Source: Vicugna vicugna
Lineage: Eukaryota
Assembly (NCBI GenBank): GCA_013265495.1
Contig: MU058233.1
Coordinates: 35,038-99,037, forward strand
Direction of reading: 5' to 3'
Length of the DNA: 64,000 bases
Shown here in pieces: positions 49,990 through 62,614 of the stretch (positions are counted from its first letter, which is position 1; the number at the start of each line of letters is the position of its first letter). The position numbers and the translations under genes were made by a program. Under the pieces are notes generated by a model. It was not told the DNA's origin. It made no database searches and saw only the letters and a list, made by a program, of their open reading frames with translations.

Positions 49990-52900
49990 GGGTGATAATT
50001 CACAGACTTTGACAATTAAAGGATGCATATCGTAATTCCCTAGAGCAACCACTTAAAAAATAGCCAGAAAACCAGTAGGGAATGTTAAGGAGAACCTTGA
50101 AGTGCTTTATTAATGCAAAAGAAAGCAGAAAAGTGGGGAGAGGGAAAAGGAACAAATGGACAAGTAGAAAACATGAAGATCGTTACACCATCCATACAAA
50201 TAAGTACACTAAATGTAAGTAGACTAAAACTCTAGTTAAAAGGCAGAGATTTTGGATTGCTTTATAAGGCAAAACCTAATACTAAGCTGCTTGCAAGGAC
50301 ACTTTAAATACACACATAGGTTAAAATCTAAAAGATAGAAAAAGATACACCATACAGCGCTAATAAGAAAGGTGGTGTGGCTGTCTTAATAGGAAACCAC
50401 GTAACGTGTAGAAGTGGTGCAGAGGTAAGGACGGCCATTTCCTAAGATACAAGGGTCAGCTCTTCTTGGGCGTAATGTTTTACACGTGCGCACTGAGTGA
50501 AAGCGCTTCACGGTACTTGAGACAAAAGCTGACAGGACCGAAGGGAGACAGCAGACCAGCACTGGTGACCCACTGAGACCGCCGCCTGCGGCGCAGTGTG
50601 CGCGTCCCTGCGGAGGGTGCCTGGGACGGGCCGGCCTCCAGGCTGGGTCAGGTCAGGCCCGTGTCCCGAGTGGGCCCGGGGCGCTCCGAGAGCTTCAGAG
50701 GGTGTGGGGTGGCTCCCTTACCACGTGGCTTTAGGGACAAAAGTCTAGAAAGATGTCTGGAAAATGCCCAAATACTTGGAAGTTAACACACTTTAAATTG
50801 CCCATAGGTCAAAGAAGAACTCACAAGAGGAAGTAGAAAATACTCTGAAATGAAAGTGTAACATACTCAGATCTGTGGGCGCAGCTGTGCTCAGAAGGAA
50901 GTCGGTGGCTTCAGATGTTTATAGAAAACAGAAAGGTCTGAACCCTGTGCTCTAGTCTTCCATCTTAAGAAGCTAGAAAAAAAGGCACATAGTAAGCCCA
51001 AAGCAAGTAGAAGCAAGGAAATAAGAAAAGGTCAGAAATCAGCAGAACAGAAAACAGACCAGAGAGGGAAGTAGTCAGACCGAATGGTGGTTCTTTGAAA
51101 ATGATCAAAAAGTGGTGAATTCTAGACCGATCAGGAGTGAAAGACCCTACAGACGTGGAAAGGACGGTAAGGGAGCAAACCTCATTCCAGGGAGTTTGAC
51201 CACTTAGGGGACGGTGGAAATGGCTTGAAAGAAACAAACCACCAAGCTGACAGCAGCAGAAATAGGGAGTTTGCATAGCTCGTGTCTGCTAAAACCGTTC
51301 CGCAGAGCCCTAGGCCCAGACGGCTTTTATCAGTAAAGTCCAACAAACATTCAAGGAAAGGGGGATCCAACTTTATAGACACTTCGAAGGAGACGGGAGA
51401 GGGAACCCGTCTCAGCTGACCTCCTGAGACCAGCCTGGAGCCGTGTGCGTGCGTGGTGTGTGTTTGCCATGGGCAAGGGAGTGTGAGCGTGTGTGCAGTG
51501 TGGCGTGTCTGCGCTGGGGGGACGTGGATGCGTGGCTCCCATACGTGTGTGTTCACAGACTAACGCCCTCAAGAGCATAAATGCAAAAGTCTGTAGCAAA
51601 ATATTAGCTGGTTTCAGTCCAGCAGTTTCCTACAAGGGTGATACGTCCAGACCAAGTGGGGTCTGCCTCAGGAATGGAAGGTTCTTTACCATCAAAACCA
51701 ACCATTGCAATTCCCAGTATCCACAGAATAAATGAAGAAAGCGTGTGACATCTCAGCAGAAACGGAAAAGGTGCTTGACACGGTTCACCCCCCGCAAAGG
51801 AAATGTCCTCCCTCAGAGACAGGGCGTCTCTGAACGCCCCACGGCTAACGCCGCCCTTGCTGGTGGAAGACCGAGGGCTCCCCCGCCAGCTGGAAACAAG
51901 GCCAGGGCGTCTGCTCCGCGATGCAATGGGAGGAAAGGAAATAGAGGCAAAAGGTCGCAAAGGGAAAAAGGAAGTGGCCTTTCTGCGTAACTACGGAACA
52001 TCCTAAGACTTCGGTGAAGTTTATTTCTATATACTGGCTCCGAACAATTGAGCCGTGAAGTTGAAGACGATGCCATTCATAACAGCCTCAACGAAACAAA
52101 CTACTTACGGGTGAACATGAGCAAATAAATGCAGGATCTCCCTACACTGAACACCGCAAAGCAGTTCAGAGAATGTGTTTAAGAAACTTCAGTAAATGGA
52201 GAGAAAGCCCACATCCTTGGCTTCTCGGGACAGAAGGCTCACATTGCTTACGTGGCCCTTCTCCACCGACTGACCTGCAGACCCCGTGCGGTCCCGGTCG
52301 GCGCTCCCTGGGCCTTTCCACAGAAACCGGCAAACTGACTGGCAGTCAGAACAGCCTCGAGGACTCCGTTGGAGGACTTGTCCTGCCAACTGCAGACTCC
52401 TGAGGAAGCTGGAATGAACCGCGTGCCTGATACACCTGAAACAGGCACGGAGTCCAAACGATGAATGAGGAAGGGAAGTCTTCTCGGCAAAACTGGACTG
52501 AACAACTGGGTGTCAAAACGGAAGGGAAACAGTGCCGTGTACCCCGGATGCCGGGCGGGACTCACGATGGATCACGGGCCTGAACGTGGAGGCTGGAGCC
52601 GTCTGGTCTCTGAAGGAAACAAGGAGGGACGTTCATGACCTTGGAGGGGGCAGAGATTCCCAAGGGCATAGAAAACCCCGCCTTAAGAGAAAAACATAAT
52701 AAATTTGACTTCGTTGACATTTAAAACTTCATTCAAAAGGCCCAGTTAAGGAAGTGCAGGCCCCAGACTGGGAGAAATCTCTGACAAAGGCCTGCGTCAG
52801 TTCCAGGCAGACAACCCAGTTAGAAAGGGGGCAGGTGACTTGCAAGGAAGACACTGCATAGAAGAGTATGTGCAGGTCGGCAGCGCGGCCAGCACGGGAC

Positions 52901-53560
52901 CGGGTGCTCAGCACCGTCGGAGTCTCGGGGAAACGCAGGTTGAACGCCAGCGGGGCGCTGCTTCACACGGGAAGAAGGGCTGGAAGCAAGACTGGACCAT
53001 ACTCAGTGTGGACTGGCGAGTGAGCGGCTGCGATGCGGCGGGGGCGGGGACGGCGCCACGCGGGGAGCCGCCCAGTGTCTGGTGAAGTTAGACACACGCT
53101 GCCCCGTGGCCCGGCTGCGCCCGTCCCAGCTGTTCACACACCATCAGCACTTGACCACAAAAGCAGCTTGATTGCAGTCGCCAAAAACTGGAAACAACCC
53201 CAGTGTCTGTGGACAGGAGAGAGGCTGAACACAGGACAGCAGATCCACAGTGTGGTCCTCCCCACAGCGCAGAGACCGAGCCCCTCCCGGGGAACCACAG
53301 GGACACCACTGGGCAGAAGCTCCCGTTTACCCACAGGCTTCAGCTACGTGAGAGACATCACAGCAGCGGGCACCGTCGCGGTGCGGAAGGGGGAGCAGGC
53401 GACTGAAAGCAGCAGCGGGGGTCCTCCTGGGGCTCTCCCGACCGTGACGAGTCTGCGTCTCACTGCGTCTGCGACCTCGCCAGAGCCCAGCGGACAGCAC
53501 GTGAGACCTTTGTGTTTTGCTGGATGTACAGCACGCCTCGGTTTTAAAAAACAAAAAAAA
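49990..53560 (+). mobile_element. Long degraded LINE-1 ORF2 relic (endonuclease through RT to C-terminus, many deletions); boundaries approximate
   Basis: Collinear L1 landmarks: acactaaatgtaagtagactaaaactctagttaaaaggcagaga (EN start); gcataaatgcaaaagtctgtagcaaaatattagc...gaccaagtggggtctgcctcaggaatggaagg (RT); gccaaaaactggaaacaaccccagtgtc (C-terminus). No intact frame. Confidence 0.85.
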
Positions 53561-55224
53561 GGATCACTTAATTCCTTAAGCAAATGCTTAGAAGGTTTTG
53601 TCACGTGAGGTCAGGCTGTCGTGCTCGTGAACCTGGTTCACCGTTCGGGAGGGCTCGCCTGCCTTTTATGACGTCAGCCACGGCAGCTTGGCCAGATTGG
53701 GGGCTTAGATCATTCGGACGGACTTCACATGCTGCTAAATAGTGTATTTTTGGGAATGCTGCTTCCTGTGAAATCCCAGCCATGGGTTTACAGACACTAG
53801 AAGTCACCTGACCTCCGCAGTTTAGGAAGTAGGCCTGCTCTGTGAGTCTCCCCCTGCACCCAGCCCAGGCACAGCCTCTCCTGCCTGGCCCGCCCTGTCC
53901 TGGCTGTCCAGGGACGCACTTCCCGGGGCCTTCTGGTCCTCGATGCAGAGCCAGGAGGCCACGCCCCGCCGGGGGTGGGACCAGCCTGCGCCCCTCCTTC
54001 CTTCGTCGGAGGCCCTGGAGCTGAACCCGCACTCCGCAGACTGAGGGGCGGGGGCACCAAGGAAATGCCCTGGTGCGCGGCAGGGCAGGGTGACAGGTGA
54101 ACTGGTCCAGGGGGTGAGGAGGCGCGTGGACAGGCCCTGGGTGCCTCCAGGTCAGGAGGGGCTGTGAGCCACCCCAGTCCTGAGGAGCCAAGAGGGGTCT
54201 GAGCTGAGCAGGCAGTGACCCCAGGGCTTCTGTACTAATGCCGCTGGTACTGGAGGACTTGAGGGTCTGCCCGCGAGGGCGCGGGCAGGTGGGGGACATG
54301 AAGCGGGCCTTCCAAGGTCCCGTTCCTGTCCCCTCACCCAGCAGCTCACGGCTGGGGATTTCCCTGGAGGGGGAAGGGAGGGGAGACAACAAAAACTGTC
54401 GGTGATGACATTTCCCTGCAAAGAGTAGCCCAGCTGACCTGCGCGGGGCTCCTAGAGGGTGGGTGACCAGGGCCTGTCCCAGGAGGAACAGGGCGGGGGG
54501 CTGGGCCGGCGCTCTCACCGCCCACAAGTATCCTCTTGTCTTTCTCGCTGTGTTTAGTGGGTGGGAAGGGGGTCCCAGGGCAGGCTGTGGGGTGGAGTCA
54601 GACCTGCAGGAAGCGCAGGGGCTGCTGTCTGGGCAGGAGAGCAGAATGGGCTCGGTGAGTGCAGGCCGTGGGTCCCCGGGGGAGGAGGACCTGGGGGCGT
54701 TTCTGACGTGAGACCGGCAGGCCTTGGAGAGGGGAGGCCCTGAGCGAGGCACGGCTGTGGAGGGAGAAGGGCCCTAACCTGGCGGCCCGGGGCAGCGTGC
54801 CCAGCGCTCTGCCATCGGCCTGTCCCCTGCGCACCAGGAGGGCAGACACGCTGGGCTCTGTGCGTGCGGTGCTTTTAATAACTTCCCATTTCTTACTGGA
54901 AATTCCGGTTTACTCAGCGTAAATGAGCAAGCAGCACAAACAGCGCTTGGCTACTGGATTTTAAATGCAGATGAAGTGCTGACTGTTTTAAGCCCCACAG
55001 GCACCGGCTTCAGGACTGGCAGGCGGGGAAGGTGGTCTGCGTTTCACTCCTGCACAGCTTTTATTTTGCTGCATCCATCAGTTTCTAGTTAAATAAATCA
55101 TGTATGGTTTTTAAAAGGAGTTAACGTGTAGAGAAAGGTGAAATTGTCCAGCTGTCCCTTGGGAAGCCCCCGAAACGCGTTCAGAGCCAGCGTGTGCCTT
55201 TGTCTAAACCTGCGTTCCTTCCAG

Positions 55225-55380
55225 AAGCCCCCACGAGAAGAAGAAGAAGAGACGCTCGCGGTCCCGGACCAAGTCCAAGGCCGGGTCTCAGCCAGCCTCC
55301 CCCAGCAAGCAGGCCACGCGCCGGCACTCAGCCAGCATCTCTCCCGTGGAGAGTCGGGGTTCCAGCCAGGAGCGCTCCAG
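55225..55380 (+). CDS. SFSWAP: SFSWAP coding exon (probably exon 16), RS domain
   Basis: gcgttccttccag|A...TCCAG|gtaaca; 156 nt, phase 2->2. Translates [51 protein letters not shown](R). Confidence 0.95.
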
Positions 55381-56491
55381 GTAACAACCCCCCCAACGGC
55401 TGGGCCGCAGGGTGCTTCTCATGGGGTGCGGGAAGGGGCGGGCTGCAGTCCCCCCACATCCTCCTCCAGTGTCCCCCAGGCTCTGAGTGAGCGGAAGGTG
55501 GGCACTGAGGACCCCAGAACCAGGGCCCAGCCCCGGCAGCACCCTTACAGAAGCGGCCTCCCCTGCCCCTGCCCCCTGCCCCCTGCCCGGGGCAGAGGGA
55601 GCCCGGGAGCAGGTGTGGGGCAGGCCCCTCCTGCGAGCAGGCTTCCTGTTGTCCAGGCAGCTGGGAAACCATGCAGCGGAGACAGCAGCCATTCCCCCAG
55701 CCGGCATTTCTCATCACCCTGATGATGGCTGCGGCGTCCTCACTGGGCCACGGAGCCCAGTGTGGTCAGAGCCGGGCGCAGGCCCCGGGGTCCAGGTCAT
55801 GGGGACGTAGAACCGCCTGTCCACCCATCCCTCACTGAGCCAGAGCAGGCGGGGGCCAAGCCGTCCCTTCTGACGTGCAGGCTGCAGGAATGTCGGATCC
55901 CGCGCTGACTGTCACAGGGTCACCCTGGTCAGCCGCGTAGACACAGGCGTCCCCTGGCCGGCACAAGTGGCTCCCCCTGACCGGCCACCCGTGGTTGTCG
56001 GGAGGCGTTCGCCAGACAGCCCTGTTCACGAAGCCGGGGCCCCACCCAGAGCCGGGGCGGGGTCGGCGTCCTCGGGGACCCGTTCTCCCATCCCTGCTTG
56101 TAGACCTGTCGCTTCCTAAGTGTGGATCCCAGGCACCCCCCAAAACCAGAACTTGCAGCGGATCAGAATCTACGCTGTAGCGTCTTTATAGGCAGGACGT
56201 GCGTGATCGCAGGCCCGGCCCACGGTTGTGTCACCTCCCCACCAGGGGTCCGGGCGGCGGCCCCTGGCGCCTGCTGCTTCTGTCCTTTCCTCCATATTTT
56301 TGTCAGTTTGTTTCTTATGTAATGTTCATATGAAAATATTTTTGAGTTAGGTTGCATTTTATGAAATATTTCAAATGTATGTTACATAAAATATAAAAGT
56401 AAAATACATGTATATGATGTTGATTTTTTAAGATACTGGAAACAAAATCAAGTGGCTTTTTAGGCCTCTGACCTCTCTCTACTTGCATTAG

Positions 56492-56564
56492 GGGAGTTTC
56501 TCAGGAAAAAGACGGTCAGATCTCCTCGGCAATCGTCTCTTCCGTGCAGAGCAAAATCACTCAG
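56492..56564 (+). CDS. SFSWAP: SFSWAP coding exon (probably exon 17)
   Basis: ctctctctacttgcattag|G...ACTCAG|gtgagg; 73 nt, phase 2->0. Translates GVSQEKDGQISSAIVSSVQSKITQ. Confidence 0.95.
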
Positions 56565-56924
56565 GTGAGGCGGGGTGGTCTCTCGTCCCCCTGTGTCTGT
56601 GTGAGGGGCTGGTTCTCACGGTCTGTCTCCTAGTCTCAGGGGGACTGACGGGGTCCTGGGCTGGTCGCCCGGAGGCGGGTGGTGTCGCCATTGTCCCTGA
56701 CCCTCCCTTCCCGGGGCAGCTGTGTGGCCTGTGAGCCAGCCTCAGGACCCAGCGGTGGGGGGACAGCGCCCTGCCCCTGGATGTGGTCACAGCCACCGGC
56801 ACGTCTCCCCAAGCCTCCTCAGGGTCCTTACCCACTAACACTTTCATAAACGGCTTCACCGTGTGGACCGTCCTTCCCGAGTCCTGACGGAGCCCACAGA
56901 CGTCCCCCGTCTCTCCCTGCACAG

Positions 56925-56990
56925 GACCTCATGGCCAAAGTAAGAGCGATGCTCGCGGCTTCCAAAAACATGCAGACCAGTGCCTCCTGA
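56925..56990 (+). CDS. SFSWAP: SFSWAP last coding exon (probably exon 18) with stop codon
   Basis: ctctccctgcacag|GAC; translates DLMAKVRAMLAASKNMQTSAS* with TGA at 56988-56990. Confidence 0.96.
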   Translation, partial: DLMAKVRAMLAASKNMQTSAS

Positions 56991-57238
56991 GACGCCCGGG
57001 CCCTGGCAAGGGGCAGCCGTGGCACAGAGCCCGGGGCTCCCGCGTCGGGGAGCCCAGAGCCGGCAGAGCCGAGGCGCCCGCTCCCGCAGGCCCGTGCGCG
57101 CCCTCCCGGGGCCCCTGGACAGCTGGCGGGTTCTGTAAATTAACTTTTGATGACATTTTCAGTTTAAGATTTTTGACCAGCAGTCTCTTACCTGTATATT
57201 TGTAAATAATATCATGTTTCTGTGAAAATGTATTATCA

Positions 57239-57300
57239 AATAAAATGGAAGGAAAACACCTTTTCTAGCCAGTAGCTGTGGCCGTTTCTTCCTTGTTTGG
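57239..57300 (+). terminator. SFSWAP: SFSWAP polyadenylation signal with downstream GU/U-rich element
   Basis: AATAAA at 57239-57244, about 250 nt after the stop. Four upstream TGTA motifs (57134, 57193, 57201, 57229); downstream gtggccgtttcttccttgtttgg. Confidence 0.8.
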
Positions 57301-58199
57301 CCTGTGAGTTTTACTGCTTGTCCCCTGTCCTTGGCCCCAGTGCTTGTCGCGTGGATGTCCTAGCGACGTGGCTGTGGGCGCAGCTGTACCCCTGGCTGCA
57401 GTCAGAGCGCGGTGCTCCCTGCCGTCTGAACATGCACGTCAGCTTGTCACCTGAGCTGTCGAACCTGCTCACCGGGCTTGCTCAGACCCCGGGCCCCAGG
57501 GTCCAGTGGGGACAGGCCCCAGGCGCAGGCGGCATCGTCGGCAGGAAGCCTGGTGGGCGCTGTCCGACCGCAGGGCCCCCCGCCACGCTCCGGAGCTCAT
57601 CTTCCAGAGCGTCCTGTGAACTGACAGGAGACCGTTTCCTCCGCAGCAGACAGAGCTGGCACCGGGGCCCCGCACACTAGCAAGGGAGGTGTTTGTTGAC
57701 TTCAATAAAATCAAGACGTCGAGATGCATTTCCTTCCCCCATTATCGGTAACAGACTTGTTCAGGATGAGCATTTCAGGGTTGGAGACACATTAAGCTGT
57801 TCTACAGAAATTATAATGACGCCTGGTTTCCAGGCTGGGCCTCGAGGTTCACGCTTACCCCCGCTGTGGAGTCAGGGAGCAGTGGGGGCAGGGGTGGGGA
57901 GGCGATGCTGGGGTTGCAGACACAGGATCTGCCTGCCTGGCTGAGCCTCGGGAACGTCCAGGGAGGAGGCAGGTGGCTGAAGGAGTCAGAGACCAGAGGG
58001 AATGGCCCGGGACCAGGTGCTGGGGACCCCCGCACTGAGGGGCTGGGCGGCTGAGCGGGGTGCTGAGGGACCACAGGGACCGGGAGTCACCGGGCATCCG
58101 CAGCCCCCGTGGCGGTCGGTCCAGGGGCCGCCTGGAGGGCGGGAGGAATCAGCCTCCCCTCAAAGGGGGAGGGTTCTTTCTGAGACCGTCTGGTGCTGC

Positions 58200-58620
58200 T
58201 AGGGAGACGGCACCGGCCTTGTGTCTTCACAGAAACATGATACTATTTACAGATACACAGATACACCTGATGGCAGGTGGTCACAACTGCATGGAGGAAA
58301 AGACAAAAGTGGGAGTGGAGGCGAGGGCAGAGGGCGCAGCAAGCCGGCATCTCTAATGAGGTGATGTGGGGCCAAGACCTACAGGGAGTAAAGAGGTGTG
58401 GGAGGGAGCTGTGGGGCTGTGGGGACCACAGGGAGCAGGTGCAAAGGTCCTGAGGCAGGAGTGTGCCTGGAGTGGTGGAGACAGAGCCGGAGGTCAGGGG
58501 CTCTAGCAGGATTAGGGGAGTGGGTGGGGAGGAGGGGCCTGGGCAGGGCCAGCAGGCCAGGGTGGGGAGCAGGACTTGTGCCCCCAGCAGCGTGGGGCAG
58601 GTGGCACCACCCCTTCTCCG
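58200..58620 (-). mobile_element. LINE-2 relic; boundaries approximate
   Basis: ctctaatgaggtgatgtggggccaagacct...cagggagcaggtgcaaaggtcctgaggcaggagtgtgcctggagtg resembles antisense L2 3' region. Confidence 0.65.
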
Positions 58621-58667
58621 GTTTAGGATCAGCGTGTAGGAGGCAGGGTGGGCACAGGACAGCCAGG

Positions 58668-59064
58668 TGTGTCAGTGTCCTGCACGGCCCCAGCAGGGGC
58701 CGAAAGCGCTAGAGTTTATCCTCTCAGTTGTAGCGGCAAGAAGTCTGAGAGCCGGGTGTGGTCCAGCTGGTTCCTCCTGGAGGCGCTGAGGGCAGATCTG
58801 CTGCTGCCGCTCGGCTCCTGGTGTCCTTGGCTTGTGGCTGCGCAGCTCCCATCTCTGCCTGCACCCCTCTGTGTGCTTCCCCCCTTCCGACCCCTCTGAG
58901 GACACTCGTCATTGGACTCAGCCCCACCCAGACAGTCCAAGGCGGCCTCGTCTCCAGCGCCTTAACCGTGTTTCCAGCTGCAACAGCTTCTTTCCAGATC
59001 AGCTCTCGTTCTCAGGTTCCTGCTGGACATGAACCTGGGGGGACACCATTCAAGCCCATCACCA
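58668..59064 (-). mobile_element. MaLR LTR (MLT1A-D-like)
   Basis: tttatcctctcagttgtagcggcaagaagtctga, ggttcctcctggagg, tccttggcttgtggctgc, aggacactcgtcattgga, ggggggacaccattcaagcccatcacca. Confidence 0.75.
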
Positions 59065-59324
59065 TGTGCCTGGGGGCCTGTCCCCTTCTCAGCACTCTGC
59101 GAAATCACAGTCCAGCCTAGATTCGGTGACGCACAGTAACTTGGCTTTTTCTCAGCTTCACAACGTGCCAACCGCTGCGAGTAGCTGTGAACTGCGCAGC
59201 GGAGCCGGAGATCAGCGGCCGCACGGTCAGACGCGAGCAGGCAGGGCAGACCTGCCGGCGCTCCGCTGGCTCCGTGCCTGGAGCAGACCCCTAAACCTGC
59301 ATCCCCGCACTTGCTCCCTTCCTT

Positions 59325-59810
59325 TAAGGCTGTGCTTCCCACCCAGACAATACACCCTTTTAAAGCATACAGGTCAGTGGCTTCCAATATATTCACCATG
59401 CTGTGCAATCATCAACCACGCTCTAATTCCAGAACATTCCCATCACCCCAAAATAAACCACCAACTCCTTACCCGTCAGCCCTCCCCTCCCTCTCCCCCA
59501 GCCCCTGGCAACCACCAACCCTGCTTCCCGTCTCTCTGGACTTGCCAGTTCTGGACGTTTCCTATAAACAGAATCATACACTACGTGGCCTTTTGTTCCT
59601 GATTTTTCCCTTTATGTAGTGCTTTCCAGGCCCTCCCAACGCCACAGCATGCACCAGAACTTCACTGCTTTTTAGGGCTGAATGATACTCCATTGTATGG
59701 ACACAAAACTTTTCATTCATCAGTCGATGGACAATTTGGGCTGTTTCCACTTTGGGGCCATTATGAATAATATGCAAGTTTTTGTGTGGATGTAGGTTTT
59801 CAGCTTCGGT
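59325..59810 (-). mobile_element. LINE-1 3' end (L1MB-like)
   Basis: ccagaacattcccatcaccccaaaa, cagcccctggcaaccaccaa, ttctggacgtttcctataaacagaatcatacac, ggctgaatgatactccattgtatgga. Minus translation ...HTMEYHSALKSSE resembles the ORF2 C-terminus. Confidence 0.85.
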
Positions 59811-61619
59811 TCGTTTTTTAAACTGGGAGAAGCTACGCACGTCCACACAGGGGTGCCAGTAGACTAGTGCCCAGCACACAGGAACTGGATGACAAGCCTG
59901 GAAGGGGGTGCAGGGCGTCTCCCAAAAACTCCCCCTTCCAGCACCTGCACCCCAATTTTCCTCTGGAGAGCCACCCCTCCCCACCTTGGGGGTGGAGGTG
60001 GGGCTGACAGGCTCCCAGCCCAAGACACAGGCCAGCCGATTAGAACTCACCTCCACTCAGCCTGGTGATGGGCCTCCTCTTCTGGGCAGGAGTTGGGAGC
60101 AGACAAGGTCAGCCTCATGGAAGAATGCAGCCAAAGGGAGGAAGTGGAGCCCAGAAAAGGAGTCTCTGAGACCAGAGCCCCTGGAACCAGCCATGCCTGA
60201 AGCCAATATCCTAGTTTTCCCTTTTAGTCTGGGTTTCTCTGAGGCACCTGAATTGACCACGGGGCCAAGGGGCCAGAGACCCATTCTGGACAGAAGATGA
60301 AACTCAGCCTGAATGTCTCAAAGCCCATCCCACAGACAACCACAACAGTTAGAAGGTCTCCTCTTCAAATACTGAGAGATGAATACAAGGGATGGGGTCC
60401 ACATCACTAAACCCCCTGGACTGACAGAGACGGGGGGGGGTGGTTTCTGAAGGAGGCGCTGAAGTCCAAGAATGGGAGAGTGGATGGCAGGCAAGGCTGG
60501 ATCAAGGGGCTCAGCAGAGATGACATCCATGTGTCTCTGTGTACACGTGGTAAATGGAAAAACATACTTGTTTCATGGGGGCTTACTGCATTCTGCTTTT
60601 TGTTTCCCAGAATTCATTTTCACTTAACAATATGTCTGAGTAGCCACGCTGTTACACCTGGATCCAGTCCGTTCTTTCCCACTTCAATATAGTGGTCCAT
60701 CTTTGCAGTATATCTGGGTATGGTCAGCCCAGGGCAGCCGCCGGTTTATACGCTGCCTGTGGGTCTTAGAAAAGGTGCCCATTTCTCCAGAGGGACATGG
60801 TCCCACTCCAAGAAACACAGGCCAGCAAACGGTGCAGGGGGGCCTCCCAGAGTCACCCTGGTCCTTGACCACAGGTAGACCCATCATACGGTTAGACAGT
60901 TTTTGATTTTACTATTACATCCTGCGTTAGCTTTCTTGTGCAAAGACGAGAGTGTTTTTCTGGGGCAGACACCAAGAATGCTGGGCCATAGAAAATGTAC
61001 TTTTTAAATTTTAATAGCTGCTCCCTGATGGCCTTCCAGCAAGGCTGTACCAGCTGGCAGTCCCTCCAGCAGCACCAAAGCCCCCACTTGCCTCCTCAGC
61101 GCGTGATGATATACGACTTTCTCAACATTGCCCATCTGATGGGTGAAAAGTGGCTTTTCCTCGGTGCTTGGATTCTGGCCACGTTCAAATGCCAGAACTC
61201 AGTGGCAGGCTTGAAGAGAAAACAGCTTCATGGTATCACATAGCCCCCGCCATGAAGTGACGCGTCCCCGGATGTCTAGCCAACCATGGTTCCCGCACCG
61301 TTCACCAGCCACCATCTGGACCTATCTGGGGAGAACCAGGTCTGTCTGGAGGCCCTTCTTATGTTTGTGACCCTAAGACACTGTCTCTTCACCACCTTCC
61401 ATGTTAATGCCTCCTACAGCCCCTCAGCCAGCACTCCCCCTCCAAGTCCTCAAATGCAGGAAGAGCTCTGTTACACGATGGGGTCGACAGCTCCAGCATC
61501 TCTTCTGAGCCCCTTGATCCAGCCCTGCCTGCCATCCACACGCCTTTACTCTGACGTCAGCATCTCCAGCTTCCTTCAGAAAACCCTTCCCACCATCAGC
61601 GGAGGCAGTTCAGCTCATG

Positions 61620-61966
61620 TCCATCCCCTGGCCACACGGTTGGTTCAGGGATGGACACACGATTCACAGCATCCAATGAGACAGCCCTGGGACTGTGGCT
61701 TGAGAAACTGGCTACTGGGTTTCCTAAGCTGGAAGAGTGTGGGGCAAAGCTGCGCGCCCTGTGTTTGCTGCCATTTCGAGAAATCTTGCCCGAGGATGAA
61801 GCCAACACAGAGATGGAGAGAGAGACCGTATTCCAATCACGTTCTTGTGCAACTTGATCCAGCCTTGCCTGACGTCAGTGTGCTCTAAGATGCCCCAGTT
61901 TAACGAGCCCATAAATTTCCTTTCCTTGTCTAGAGCCAGTCCGAGCTAGGTTTCTGCCACTGGCAC
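61620..61966 (+). mobile_element. Old MaLR LTR (MLT1J/K-like); related fragments near 60050-60240
   Basis: ggttcagggatggacacacga...ccaatgaga; gaggatgaagccaacacagag; ttgatccagccttgcctga; cccataaatttcctttcc...gagccagt.cgagctaggtttctgccact. Confidence 0.65.
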
Positions 61967-62369
61967 TTGAGCAAAGTTGGGGGATGTGTCCGTGAAGGGT
62001 CACCGTATGCAGGGTGCCTCACTGCCCACAGTCTCCACACGTCAGTATAATGGTCTTCTGAGCAGACGCAGAATCTCCATGCTCAGAAGGGGCCACTGAG
62101 GCTCTGAGACAAACAGGAATAGGAGGAGCAAGACCCCAGCTGGCGGAGGACAGTGGGGAGGGGGCTCTGCCTGGAACCCAGTCCTCATCTGGGTAGAAGG
62201 GACCCCTGTCTTGGCAGCACCAGCCATGATTGGGGGAGAGGGTGAAGTGATGGGGGAGGGGAGCAGTTGTAGCCCAGTAGGGTGAGGGGTATTTGCATTT
62301 GAATCTCAGCCCCGCCCACCACCACTCCCACCTCCACCCTCCACCCCTGTGCCCTGTCCAATATCCTTT

Positions 62370-62505
62370 GGCTCTGTGACCTTCCAAGTCCCTCTGGGCC
62401 TCACTTTCCTCATTTGAAAAATGGGAATGATAGTTTCTGTCTCAAAAGATGTGAGAAGTGAATGAGATTAAATACAGTAGGCGCTGAGCACGTGCCGGGC
62501 ACACA
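62370..62505 (+). mobile_element. MIR SINE relic
   Basis: ctgtgaccttccaagtccctctgggcctcactttcctcatttgaaaaatgggaatgatag...gtgagaagtgaatgagattaa...gcgctgagcacgtgccgggcac matches the MIR core. Confidence 0.85.
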
Positions 62506-62614
62506 CTAACCTCCCAAGAGGCGTCAACATTCCCCTCCCCAACTCCACAGTGACCACAGACCCCGGCCCTCGCTGACTCCCAACTGCGCCCAGACCCCAC
62601 CAGGGTCAGTGCCA

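Noticed and set aside
53601..54752. 383-aa minus-strand ORF, the longest gap-free ORF in the track
   Set aside because: Pro/Gly/Arg-rich low-complexity translation with no recognisable domain, antisense within an intron; expected from stop-codon scarcity in GC-rich DNA.
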